A DNA stretch of 64,000 nucleotides from the human T2T-CHM13v2.0 reference genome, Homo sapiens. The position numbers and the translations under genes were made by a program. Shown here one piece after another: positions 1 through 13,242 of this stretch. Numbering within the stretch: the stretch's first letter is position 1; the number at the start of each line of letters is the position of its first letter. The notes beneath the pieces are model-generated. The model was not told the origin of the DNA. It worked only from the letters and a program-made list of their open reading frames with translations, and made no database searches. The stretch lies in assembly GCF_009914755.1 (NCBI RefSeq), contig NC_060928.1; one strand, given 5' to 3'.

Positions 1-462
1 AAATTTTCTGAACTTTTGTGCTCTGTTACCCTTTTAAAACTGAATGCCTTTAGCAGCACCCAAATCAACTCTTGAACCCTTTGCTGCTTAGAAATTTCTT
101 CTGCCAGATACCCTAAATCATCTCTCTCAAGTTCAGTGTTCCACAAGTCTCTAGGGCAGGGGCAAAATGCTGCCAGTTTCTTTTCTAAATCATAATAAGA
201 GTCACCTTTGCTTCAGTTCCCAACAAGTTCCTCATCTCCATCTGAGACCACCTCAGCCTGGATTTCATTGTCCATATCATTATCAGCATTTTAGTCAAAG
301 GCACTCAACAAGTCTCTAGGGAGTTCCTAACTTCCCCACATTTTTCTATCTTCTTCTGAGCCCTCCAAACTGTTCCAGCCTCTGCCTGGTACCCAGTTCC
401 AAAGTCACTTCCATGTTTTCAGGTGTCTTTTCAGCAGCACCTCACTCCCAGTACCAATTTAC
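1..462 (-). mobile_element. THE1/MST (ERVL-MaLR) internal sequence, continues beyond the left edge of the window
   Basis: On the minus strand it begins GTAAATTGGTACTGGGAGTG directly after the LTR, like THE1-int. The typical THE1-int text gaaatttcttctgccagataccctaaatcatctctctcaagttc is present. Confidence 0.85.
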
Positions 463-817
463 TGTATTAGTCTGTTTTCACACTGGTGATAAAGACATAG
501 CTGAGACTGGGCAATTTACAAAAGAAAGAGATTTAATGGACTCACATTTCCACATGGCTGGGGAGGCATCACAATCATGGTGGAAGGTGAAAGGCATGTC
601 TCATATGGTGGCCAACAAAATAAAAATGAGAGTCAAGTGAAAGGGCTTATAAGACTGTCAGATCTCATGAGACTTTTTCACTATCATAAGAACATTATGG
701 GGGAAACCACCCCTATGATTCAGTTATCTCCCACTAGGTCATTCCCACAATACAAGGGAATTGTGAGAGCTACAATTCTAGATGAGATTTGGATGGGGAC
801 ACATCCAAACTATATCA
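463..817 (-). mobile_element. THE1-type LTR (5' LTR of the MaLR element)
   Basis: Minus strand reads TGATATAGTTTGGATGTGTCCCC...GAAAACAGACTAATACA, matching THE1 termini; 355 bp with TG...CA ends. Confidence 0.9.
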
Positions 818-861
818 GGGTCTCTTGAGTATTGTTTTTTTTGGGGAGGTTGTCAGAAAGA

Positions 862-1354
862 TGTTACTGGAAAAGGGTCCTGGTCCAGGCCTCAAAAAAG
901 GGTTCTTGGATTTCACCCAAGAGATAATTCAGGGTGAGTTTTTGGAGTAAAGTTAAAGCAAGTTTATTAAAAAGTAAAGAAATAAAAGAATGGCTACTCC
1001 ATAGGCAGAGCGGCCCCAAGAACTGCTGGTTGCCCATTTTTATGGTTATTTCTTGGTTATTTCTTCATTACATGCTAAACAAGCAGTGGAATATTCATGC
1101 CTCCCATTTTTAAACCATATTTAAACCAGAGATCACTCTCATCACCGTCTTGGTTTTGGTGGGTTTTGGACAGCTTCTTTACTGCAACCAGTTTTATCAG
1201 CAAGGTCTTTATGACCTGTATTTTGTGCTGAATTCCTATCTCATCCTGTGACCTAGAATGCCTAACTAAGAATGCAGCCCAGTATTATGTCTTAGCTTTA
1301 TTTTACACAGCCTTTATTCAAGATGGGGTTTCTCTGGTTTAAACACCTCTGACA
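862..1354 (-). mobile_element. MER41 solo LTR (MER41A-like, ERV1) with an internal deletion
   Basis: Minus strand begins TGTCAGAGGTGTTTAAACCAGAGAAACCCCATCTTGAAT (MER41 5' end) and ends ...CCAGTAACA. Confidence 0.8.
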
Positions 1355-1359
1355 AATGC

Positions 1360-1600
1360 ATGATATATCAAAACTTATGGGATGAAACAAAAGCTGTGTT
1401 TAGTAGAATATTTATTATTAAATAAAAAATCATAAATGTAAAAAATTAATGATTATTTGTGCTTCATACCAAGAAAGTTAGGGGGGAAAAAAAGAAAAAA
1501 AAAACAGCAAATAAACCCTAAAGAAAACAAAGGGAAAGAAAGGAGATAGTGAAATAGTAGAGACCAATGGGGTAGAAAAATCAAATATGTCACATACAAC
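1360..1600 (+). mobile_element. Old L1 ORF2 fragment
   Basis: caaaacttatgggatgaaacaaaagctgtgtttag resembles the L1 ORF2 QNLWD..KAVLRG region; A-rich. Boundaries approximate. Confidence 0.5.
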
Positions 1601-1878
1601 AATTAAAAATACTATGCATAGCTATATGAACAATACTAATCTCACATGCTTTGAAAGAAAAAAGGAGAAAATAAATACAGGAGCAAATGCTTTATTGTGT
1701 TTTTTGCAGCACAAAAATTTCAAAATTAATCTATAATATACTATTAGAAGTCACATTCATTTTTGAAGGATTTTAATGACTGCAAGGTAGCAAGAGGCAC
1801 GGGACTCTTTAGGATGCTGGAAATTTTTTGTTTCTGAAATAGTCTGGATAGGCTTAGATTATAAAAAATATTTTATAA

Positions 1879-2824
1879 TGTTAGTGGAAAAACAAACTCT
1901 TTAAATATTTCTAAGAGGTTTATTCTGAGCCAATGTGAGTGACCATTTTCAGGGAACAGTCTCAAGAGGTTCTGAGAAAGTGTGTGTGAGGCACTCTGGT
2001 TACAATTTGGTTTTATAAATTGTAGAAAAACAGAAATTGTAGGTAAAATAATAAATCAATACATGGAAGGTGTGCATTGGTTCAGCCTAAAGAAGGGGAA
2101 TATGTTGAAGTGGGGGCTTACAGGTCATAGATTGATTCAAAGATTCTGATTGGTAATTGGTTAACAGAAATAAGCTTTATGTAAAGACTTGAAGTCAGTA
2201 GAAAGAAATGCTTGAGTTAAGATAAGGGGAGTTAGGGAGGCCAAAGCCCTTCTTATGCAGATGAAGTGCCATAAAGCCATCAAGCTCTCTATTAATCTCT
2301 CCTAGATCCAGGAAAAACATAGAAAGGGAAGACCTGGCTGCAATAATGGAGATTCTCTACTAACCCAATTTTCTCCCCCAGAAGAGGACCTTGTAGGACT
2401 TTTCAAAGTATGTCAAAAAGATATACTCTAGGGTAAAATATTTTTATTTCCCTCAAGGTCTGCTGTCATTGATGCTATACCAGAGTCAGGTTAGAAAGCA
2501 AGCCACATTACACCAGAATAATTTTAAAAATTTTTTTAATGAAATTGTATGGTTTTTAGGGTGTGACTTAACCCTTGCCATGCATGGCCTTAGGATTTGT
2601 TTATAAATAGGTACCTTATTTCCATAAATAGTCTGTTTTGTCCATCTTATTATTTCTACATTGATGTAAACTCCAAAAGGGAGGGAGGATAACGAGGCAT
2701 GTCTGGGGACCCTTTTTCCATCAGGCCAGGAATTCAGTTTTTCAAGTCACTCTGAGGTCCTTGAGGCCAGGAGAGGACCTGTTCAGTCAGTTAGGGATCC
2801 TGAGAATTGTATTTTTGGTGTACA
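1879..2824 (-). mobile_element. MER4-family solo LTR (ERV1)
   Basis: Minus strand begins TGTACACCAAAAATACAATTCTCAG, like the MER4 5' end; gtttattctgagccaatgtgagtgacc motif; TG...CA termini; 946 bp. Confidence 0.75.
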
Positions 2825-2876
2825 ATATTTATAAAAATATATAATATTTGATATGTATTTTATATATGAAGCTGAA

Positions 2877-3172
2877 TTTTTTTTTTTTTTTTTTTGAGAC
2901 AGAGTCTTGTTCTGTCACCAAGCTGGAGTGCAGTGGTGCGATCTCGGCTTACTGCAACCTCTGCCTCCGGGGTTCAAGTGATTCTTCTGCCTCAGCCTCC
3001 CGAATAACTGGGACTACATGTGCGCACCACCACGCACAGCTAATTTTTATTTTTAGTAGAGACAGGGTTTCACCATGTTGCCCAGGATGGTCTCAATTTC
3101 TTGACCTCGTGATCCACCGGCCTTGGCCTCCCAAAGTGCTAGGATTACAGGTATGAGCCGCTGTGCCCAGCC
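2877..3172 (-). mobile_element. Alu, AluS (Sc-like)
   Basis: Poly-T, dimeric Alu body, target-site duplication (TSD) atgaag(c/g)tgaa on both sides. Confidence 0.95.
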
Positions 3173-3601
3173 ATGAAGGTGAATTTTAATATATTTTTTA
3201 AAACTCTTAAAGAATGCTTAAATTGTAGAGTGAAGAACATGTGTAGAAACTTAGCTGTATAAAATAACATGAAGAGTCCAATACATATTACGTTGATCTG
3301 TATTTCTTGAACACAGGAAGTATGAGAAAATATGTTTGAAGATAATACCGGGGGAAAAATACAGGAGACAGTTCATAGAGTCTGGTGGGTTTAATAATTT
3401 TTTTCAAACCTTATAGTGGAATAGATTATATTTTTACATGGAAATTCTAGAAAGCATAGAACAGTAGAAAGAAAAAATATATTTTTAATACTCCCAGCCC
3501 CAAACAATTATATAGTTTTGGTTATGTATTTTGTGTTATTCTCTTTTTTACATTATAAAATTAATATAAATAACCCTGCTTTTTTTTTTCTTTGGTAGTA
3601 T

Positions 3602-3922
3602 TATGGTACATAGTCAGGCAGACATGAGCAGGGCAGGAGAGCCAAATCCCCCAGGAGCATCAGGCAACTATCAGGTGATGGTCAGGCAGTTGTTAAAACT
3701 GTCTGTCTAAAATAATAGTTAGTTGCAGCCAGTGCCAGGGAAAGGCAGTCTCCCAATAGATAGCAACATCAAAACTGGTGATTAGCAGCTTCCTGATAAG
3801 GTCTCAGGAGCTGGGCGAGTGCACTTGAGCATGCTTACTAACAAAAAAAATGGGAGCGTTCAACTGCTATATGATCTCCTCCTAGAAACACTCAACAGGT
3901 GAGAACAGAACACCTCAAGTGA
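3602..3922 (+). mobile_element. ERV1 LTR fragment, MER50-like, 3'-truncated
   Basis: gtcaggcagacatgagcagggcaggagag...atcaggtgatggtcaggcagttgttaaa...ccagggaaaggcagtctcccaatagatag resembles MER50 as I recall it. Confidence 0.6.
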
Positions 3923-4424
3923 TTTTATATTAAATAAATATTTTTCATAGAATTTAAACATTGGCTTTATAATATATAATTTTAGAAGTAATGAAAATTG
4001 ACAACTATTTAAATCTACAATTATTTCTATAAAAATAGAGAAAAAGTATTATAAGTTATCTAAACATCTTGCTTTACAGATAAGAAAACTCATGTCTAAA
4101 CAGGTAAACATACTTATCCAGTGTCAGATAGTTTAGGATAAACCGGTTATATTTCCTAAATAACTTATTTTCTGAGACCCTTACCTTCTTCTTAAAGTAA
4201 AAGTACTTAGATTTAAAAGAAAATCTTATTTGAATTATATATCCAACTGTACTCTATTGTATGAGTCAATATAGGTGATTAGATAAAGCATAACAATTTT
4301 TTCTACTTGGAGACTCTGAGGAAGTTTGAGAAAGCTTTTGGAAAATGAACCATCTGAAGAATTGGTAGTAAGTAGATCATTGATGGAGGAAGAAGGAATT
4401 GTGAGTATTAGTTTATCAAAGAAA

Positions 4425-5345
4425 TGAAAGCGGCTGGAGGCAAATTGCTAGGCAAATAGGGGCAGGTTTCCCGTGAAACCCCACCTTCTGGCTGGAGACA
4501 GCCTGAAATCTGAACCCCAGGCTGCCAGTTCCACGTAGAATCCACACCCACAGTGAAAATTTCCTTGATGCCTGTTAGCCAGTCAAATGATGCTTTTTCC
4601 AGGCCCACTCATGGACCACTCAGCACACACTTCTTCCTGCCCGTAGACCAATGAGCATGTACCTCATTCTGAGCCCATAAAAACCCCCAGACACAACCAG
4701 ACTGGGACAGACATCAGGAGCGCCCCCCAGCGGGTAGGAGCTACCCACTTTGGGTCTCTTCTCTGCTAAGAGCTGTTCTGTCACTGGGTAAAAGTCTTCT
4801 GCCACGCTCACCCTCCAGTTGTTGGTGTAACCTCATTCTTTCTGGATGTGGACAAGAGCTTGGGCCCCACCGAATGGCAGAGGCTGAAAAAGCTGTAACA
4901 CTCTCCTGGCCTTCTTGCTGAACTGTGGGCAGGCCTGCAAAGGGCTGTAACACATTCCTGGCCAGCTTGCCAAGCTGTGGGTGGTGACACCATCCCGATC
5001 ATCGGACTGTGAAAGTGAAAGTGAAGAGCGCCAACACTTCTGGGGGCCCAACTTCATCAGGATTCCCCAAGCCGGAGCTTGTGGCCACACCATGTGATGG
5101 GAAGTGATGGCAGGGGTGAGATAACCAGGGAGTTCTAGGTGGGAGCAAGGTGGCAGGACTAAAAAAGCCATTATAATCTTAGTCATTTGAGAAATATTTA
5201 TTGGCACCTTTTATATCCTAAGCCTTGGTCTATGTTCCTGGGAAATATGAATGAAAAGAATGAACAACAATACGATTTCAATGAGTTAGCATTTTAAAAA
5301 CACGAGACATGATCAGCATAATAATTAACCAACTAACTAACTAAC

Positions 5346-5376
<31 letters not shown>

Positions 5377-5876
5377 ATGTAATTTTAAAATGATAAATTC
5401 CTCAGATGCCGGCTGTGGAAATGAGAGAGCTGTAGCACCCCGCCCCCCTTGGGGTTCTGCAGTTGCTGGCGTCTCCAACTTTTTTGTGTGCCACCACGTT
5501 CCCCACATTCCCCTCATCCAGACCCCAGCGCCTGCAGCAGAAACTGCTTGCTGTACGCCTGGTCCAGCCGCAGCCTTATACAAAACTGGCACCTGTGTAG
5601 GCACCTGGAGCTGCCTGCTGCACCACAACAGCCAGAGCGCCTTGTTGTGCGCAGTGGCTGGATCCTACACTTGCTCGCTTAACACCCCTCGTAGCCCCAC
5701 ACTTGGCTCACTCTCACCAGGCCTGGGTTCCGGGCTGTTAGCGGGAGCCAAATGCAAGCTACTGGTCCGAGTTGGGGCAACAAGCTCTGCAGGTGCGAAC
5801 AAAACTCAAGCAGAGGCACCACCAGCCACACAGGTTTCTGGCTGGCAAGAAGTGACACCCAAAGTATCCTGTGACA
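4425..5876 (+). mobile_element. Long GC-rich ERV1 solo LTR (LTR27/LTR1/MER52 group), interrupted at about 5176-5406
   Basis: TG at 4425, ends ...tatcctgtgaCA at 5876, 4-bp TSD GAAA (4421-4424 and 5877-5880). CCAAT and cccataaaaa TATA-like box near 4650-4685; repeated gctgtaacac units. Confidence 0.75.
5180..5400 (-). mobile_element. L2 3'-end-like fragment containing a (TAAC)n(TAAA)n microsatellite
   Basis: tcatttgagaaatatttattggcacc...gttcctgggaaatat resembles the reverse-strand L2 3' end (aaatatttattgagcacc). Confidence 0.55.
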
Positions 5877-6842
5877 GAAACGACTCTCGTTTACAAGCTG
5901 ACAGAACAATGGGATAAACCAGAAATTATGTACTGGGATTATTGAGAGTATTTCTTATATTTTTAATAGTTTTATTTCTGGCAACAGACTACGGGATTTC
6001 ATTTCCCAAACACATGGTATGAAAATGTCTTCTATATTCTCAATAAAATCAATAATTATGCATTTGTTTTGTAAATATTTCTGAACGACTTTTTTTCTCA
6101 CATTTCAAGAACCATTAGCAAACTAAAGTTAAAAACCCAAATCCCATTTTAGCAGGAACTTTTATCTCAGGAAATGCTGCTGTGTATTTTCACAATCAAA
6201 CCTCCTCTGAAGGAGGCCTAATTAGAGGCTTCATTATGCACCTGGTGAAAATTAACTTTTAAGCAGCCTTTAAAATAAGTTTTTAAATTATCATTATGCA
6301 AAAACTGCAAAAATACCTGTAATTGTATTTACAAAGCAAAATTGTTATAATCACCTCTAACATTCAGGAGCAACCTCAGGATTTTAAATTTTTTAATAAA
6401 AATTAAAATAGAAACCCTCATTATTGATTCATGAACCTTTTTTTATGAGCACAAATGTTATCATTGACATTTGTCAACTGCTAAAATTTAACATGTACTG
6501 AATGCTAGTTCCTTAAAATTGAACTTAAATATCTTGGAAATATGTTTAATTACTGGAATAAAGGTAAAGGTCATATATAAAATATTTAAATATTATTATG
6601 AATTTTACTATTTTCTTAGGGTTAGATTTTGGAAATAGTATTTTAAGAGAGAAATAAAATTGAACATACACATTTTAAAAATGAGACTATTTTCATTTTG
6701 TATGCTTCATTTAAGGAGTAATGTTGCTTAAAATTGATCTGTGTGTGTGTCTGAGTCAGAGAGTAACATTTTTTTCCACCAGTGTTGCTAACAAACAAAA
6801 TGCACTGCAGTCTATTTTGAGCCACAGTTAGCCAAAAACTAA

Positions 6843-7307
<465 letters not shown>

Positions 7308-10300
7308 CAGAATGCATTTTAAAAGTAACAACTAGAGGTAGAAAAAGTAGAAACTGGAGGTAGAAGGGTTAGGCACTGGAAGCAGTTATGCGGTAATTGA
7401 TGTGTAGCTGCAGCTGATGCATCTCTTTGTTTTGTTTTGTTTTTCTCTCTCCAGCTATTTTTTATGAAAATACTGGGAAAGACAAAGATGTGGCATTTTA
7501 AAAACACTGGGTTTTTTTTGACAAATTGTTTTGGGATAGAGAATTAAACAATTTTTCCAAAAGTAACTACTAGAATAATAATTAAATTAAAGGAACTGTT
7601 GATTTTTTAAATATTGTTATCAAAATCTAGTATTAGAAAACTCTGAGGTTATCAAATCTCATATTTCTTACTATGCTCATAAATTTAAATATTTAAATTA
7701 CTGGGTACTAGTCTTAAACTCCAAATGGGATGTGCAAAGCTATAGTTTGGCAAGAGACCTCCTGTTATGATATTTTCCCACTTTTGCTTGAGATTATTAT
7801 CAATCTTTGCTTTAAGTGAGATTCATTTCCCAACCGGGTCCAGTCTTTATTTCAGCAGTTTCATCTTCCTTAAGACCCTCTGAACTGACCTATCTTTGGA
7901 TATGTACAAGAATTACTAAACACCAAGAAAACCAATGGATAATCTGTGAAGATATCATGGGGCATGAATTTACAGAACTATGCATTTATCTGAAGAAAGA
8001 CTTATAACCAGTAATGGTGTATTTTTAGTTTTTAGAGTTTTGTTTGCTTTGTTTTGTTTTAATAAATGACATATTCGGCAAAAGTTATAGAAAAGAAGAG
8101 CAAATACATTCTAAGAAATTATAATAGAGAAAGGGCCTTAGGGAAGACTGAAAATGGGAATCAGATTCATAATTCCATGATTTTTAAAGAAGCATTTACA
8201 GGTTGAGGTTGTCAATCCCTTTATATCCCATGTAACCCAAAGAATAAAAGAACAACATATGGATACAACTTAATATTGCTTTTAATACACATATTCTAAT
8301 TGATTTTAATTAATTCTACTAATTTTTTTTCTAAACATTTATATATCTTTTTTTCATATTAAAACTGTTTAGGATATGTAAGCCAGGCAGTCTTTGATTC
8401 CTGTGTTTAAAAAATGAACTGATTTCTACATTACAATAATGGAAATTGTTGATTTGATTCTAATTCAAGGTTTACAGTGTCCTGAAGGAAGAGGACAATT
8501 TATGGTTTGGGAGGTAAAAGCATGCATACCAAATTAGTTTGATGGCAATTATAATTGTATTTCTTTAGGCACAATTACTGAAAAACACTTGTTAAGGACA
8601 TTTGTCATCTAACAATTATAAATTTGGCAACAGTTACAACAAAACAACAAAAGCTCCAGAATGTTTAAAAGAAATACAGGAAGCAGAGGCATACTTTCAA
8701 GTGTCAAAAAGAAATATGGGATGGTTTGAGGAAAGCAAAAGTCTTCTTGTGATGAGGCTGACTAAAATGTCTCTCATAATGGGAAAAGTTTCACTCTCAG
8801 ACTTGTTAATTTTATTTCATGTTCGAAGACATGCTTATTATAAAGAATATTTAATTTAAGGTTTAACAGTAATTAAGCAAGCAAATATGCAATATTTCAA
8901 TTAAAGTTGAACTTGTTTTGTCTCTTAAACAAGCGAACTATCTAAAAAGTAGAGGCTGCCTTGTAACTGTTTCCTCTCTCACCAATTGCTACATCTGACT
9001 CTCAATCTCATAAACAAATCCATCAATATATAGAGTATAAAATTTGCATGTGAAATGGAGGTATTTTAGAAATGTTCTCCAGTTAATATGGCTTATAATA
9101 GCATCAAATGCATGCCTTTCACAGACGGCAAAACTTCTTGGCCAAACCCTGTATTGCTTTTATGAAAATATCAAATATATACATACCTTATTAAATTAGA
9201 AATGAGGCCTATACGTCTCAAAGCATAGAATTTAACAGTTGCTAATATTGTCATAATATTTTTCTTGACCTAAAAATAACAACTGTTGAAAATACACACA
9301 CAAGAATTTTAGAATTTGAGAATATATCTTTTATTTATAGGATGAGAGTGTTAACTCTGAGAGAACATGGTATAATGAAACATATTAAAGACAGCATATT
9401 ACTTCAATAAGTAACTGTGGTAGTAATGTTATTGTTAATTTGTATAATGTGTGTATATATTTTTCTGCATTTAAATTTTTCATTAATGTTTTTCCTATGA
9501 ATATGATCAAATTATGACATCTATCATAAATAAATGTCATATTTTATTTATTTTAATTTTATATTCAAATGTTTTATTTTTCATCTTCTTTCCCCACCAA
9601 ACACACTGATATGTAAATGTAATTGAGACACTTACAACTAATCTATGCAGTGTTGAATGCTGCTCCTGCAAAATACTCCATAAGCTAAAATTAAGTTACT
9701 TAGATATGTGGCAAAAAACCATGAATATGTGAGATTATATAGATTTGTTTTATATTAAAATAAATGCACAATATTTTAGCCAGCAATGCAAACTTATTAT
9801 TTACATAAATCTTATATATTAATTTAGAGTATCATTAAAGTTTGTAAGTGTGCACATTTACACACATACCCATATACATATGCATATGTGTACATACTTA
9901 TGTATAGTAACTCCTAAAACCTGTAAATGAAGGTTAGGTTTTAAAGGCTAAAAATGTGTACATGGCTGCTACAGGATTATACCTGTAGCATTAATATTGA
10001 CAACAAGATGGTGTAAATTTGTCAGGCTTTTTCTTTTGATGTCTTAGGCAGTGAGACCACCTGGAAATAAAAATGAGAAATAAATTTAAAAAACACATTT
10101 CATAATTAAGATATCCTTTAACTAAGGTATGTCTGCCAACAGTAAGGGAATAACTGATACAAAAAAAGTATGATGGAGCAACTGGCATAAGGGAGTGTAG
10201 TATAATGGGAAAAAAAATGTCTGTCATATAGGTACCCCATACTTAAAGTCCTTCTTCTAGTCCTACAAGAATGTGCAAACTTCCTAGGTTACTATTTGTC

Positions 10301-11474
10301 AGGATCGAGTTACAAAAACAGAAACTATTCTTAGTCTTTCAAAAAAGGGACATTTATCACAAGTAGTTGATCATATAGCTGCATTAGGTATATATGATTT
10401 ACTGCATTGACATTTCTTTTTAAGATCATTAAATGATATCATACAATTTAGCTGAATAGATATTAGGGAGTGAGAATTTTATTGTTGTTATTGTTTTCTC
10501 CTTAGAAATTTTAATAGTATGCTTTGGGAATTATAAGGCTTTTAAAGGGGCTTTTTGTTATTTCTTTAGTGGCCACATATGTTAGTAATAAACAGCCCCT
10601 ACCCAGTGTATATAGACCTGCTTTACAATATATTGTCACATATATATAGTTGTATATGTGTATATAGTCGTATATGTATATATTGTCATATATGCATATA
10701 ATCTAAGAGCTTTAATGAACATATTTTATTACATATGTATAATCTGAGAATTGAAAATGCTCCATAGACTAACAAATCTAAAAATCACAATTTAAAAATG
10801 AAGAAACTGAAAATTTCTTTTAAATATTTTAAATAATGTGTACTTTGATTTATATAGGTCATCTCTTTGTGAAGTATATATGCATGCTCACATAGAAACT
10901 CATACACACACACACATGCACATAGGCTTTCATAGAAGATAGGTATTTAAAGATGTAAAAATAGAACAAATTTTTTCCACTCTGAATGTGCCCAAATTAC
11001 CAATGTACTTTTGCTTTGCAAGTGCATACAATCCATTTGAAATATGCATATATTTGTGTATGTGTATATATATGTGTATATATATACACATATACACACG
11101 TACACACATATTTTGAAATATATTTCAGAAGATGTATAAATATAATTTACATACAAATATAATCTATATATTTCAAAATATATATTCAGAATGATTTTCA
11201 AATAATCTACAGAAAATATTTTAATTGTAAATTTCAGTATGATAACATACAATGTCTGTATTATTAACAAATGAGTACACAACTAAATAAAAATGTTACA
11301 CTTTTAATGTAGCTATAATTTCCACAAGAATTTGAACTAATGGCATAATACCTATGACACATCTCACTAACAGATTGAACAATAAAAGAATTAAATTATT
11401 GTCAAAATAATGAGATTCAAGTAATTTAAATGTCAAAACTTTAAAAAATATTTACTTTAAAAATCAGATACTTT

Positions 11475-12780
11475 TTAAATTAAATTTTATTTTTTGAGCG
11501 ACATAAGAATTGAACATATTTGGGAGATACATAATAATGTTTCAATACATATAATTTATAGTGGTCAGATCAGAGAAATTAGAGTATCCATGGTTTCAAA
11601 TATTTATCATTTCTTTTTGTTGGGGACAAAATCTCCTTTTAGCTATTTGAAACTAAATGGAATATAATGTTCTTAACTATAGTCGTCCTACAGTGGTATA
11701 GAACACCAGAAATTATTCCTCCTACCAAGCTGTAACTTTGTATCCTTTAACAAATCTCTCTCTAGTCTCCCTTTGCTGCAGCTTTCCCAGCCTGTAGTAT
11801 CCTCTGTTTTATTTTTTACTTCTATGATATCAATTTTTTTAGCTTCCACATATAAGTAATAACATGCAATGTTTAACTTTCTGTTCCTGGCTTGTTTCAC
11901 TTAACATATGCCCTCCAATTCCATCCATGTTGTCCTGAATGACAGGAATTCGGTTTTTATGGCTGCATAGTATTCTATTGTGTATATATACCACATTTTC
12001 TTTATCCATTCATCTGTTGTTGGACACCTAGGTTGCTCCTATATCTTGGCTATTGTGAATAGTGCTGCAGTAAACATAGGGTTCAAATGTCTCTTTAATA
12101 TACAGATTTCCTTTTTCCAGTAATGGTATTGCTGGATCATATGATAGTTCTATTTGTAATTTTTGAAGAAACTCCATGTTGTTCTCCACATGGGTGCTCT
12201 AGTTTACATTCCCACCAGCAGTGTCTAAGAGTTCTTTTTTTTTCCCCGCATCTTCACCAATATGTTATTTTTATTTTATTTTGAGACAGTCTCACTCTGT
12301 CACCCAGGCTGGAGTGCCTTGGTTTAATCATGGCTCTCTGTAGCCTTGAACGCCTGAGCTGGAGCAACCTCGAGTAGCTGGGACTACCTACTGGCATGTG
12401 CCACCACGCCCAGCTAATTTTTACTTTTTAAAATTTTTTTGTAGAGACAGAGTCTCAATATGCTTTTTAGAGACAGAGTCTCAATATGTTGCCCAGATCT
12501 CAAACTTCTGAACTCAAGCAATTCCCCTGCCTTGGCCTGTCAAAGTGTTAGGATTACAGATATGAACCACCACGGCTGTCATATTTTTTGTCTTTTTGAA
12601 AATAGTCACCTTAATTAGGATGAGATGATATCTCATTGTGGTTTTGATTTGCATTTCTGTATGAATAGTTAATGTTGAGCATTTTAAAAATATACTTATT
12701 GACCATGTATATGTCTTCCTTTGGGAAATGTCTGTTCAGATCGCTTTTTCATTTTTTAATCAGATTTTTTTTTTGCTGTG
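11475..12780 (-). mobile_element. L1MA 3' end, interrupted by an AluJ
   Basis: Antisense L1 3' text: ccatccatgttgtc, tatataccacattttctttatccattcatctgttg, ggtattgctggatcatatg, ctcattgtggttttgatttgcatttc. Confidence 0.9.
12266..12577 (-). mobile_element. AluJ, degenerate, with a 26-bp-period internal duplication
   Basis: Alu body with J-type features. tagagacagagtctcaatatg occurs at both 12442 and 12468. Confidence 0.85.
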
Positions 12781-13083
12781 GTATTTTGTCTTATGCAAAT
12801 AGTATTGTGAAGTATTAATGAAGTAAGACAATTTTATTCAAGGACCAATCCCATGCAAATACATTCAGAGCTGTTCTTAGTTAATTGCATTTATAATTTA
12901 TACTTTTTATTACCATGTGCATTTCTCTAAATTTAGTGAAATTTTACTATTTTATATTTTTACTCAGTGTATATACTGTTGCTCATGAATTGTTGGAGTA
13001 TAATAGTTAACTATCCTTAACTAAGTCTTATTTATTGAATTTATATGTTGCTGTTTTCTATAGGAGATAAGATTCTTTTTTTA

Positions 13084-13242
<159 letters not shown>

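Noticed and set aside
5390-5917. Longest ORF (175 aa) and the CpG-richer patch around it
   Set aside because: It lies within a GC-rich LTR where stops are rare. I recognise no domain, and it is not a host CpG-island promoter.
10290-10380. Faint MLT1-like text (and faint MIR/L2/L1 traces near 23390, 24150, 25830, 57250 and 60500)
   Set aside because: Too diverged to delimit or classify by eye.
10620-11200. TA/CA-rich runs with apparent self-complementarity, and ORF 10947-11282
   Set aside because: Degenerate low-complexity microsatellite; the symmetry follows from composition.
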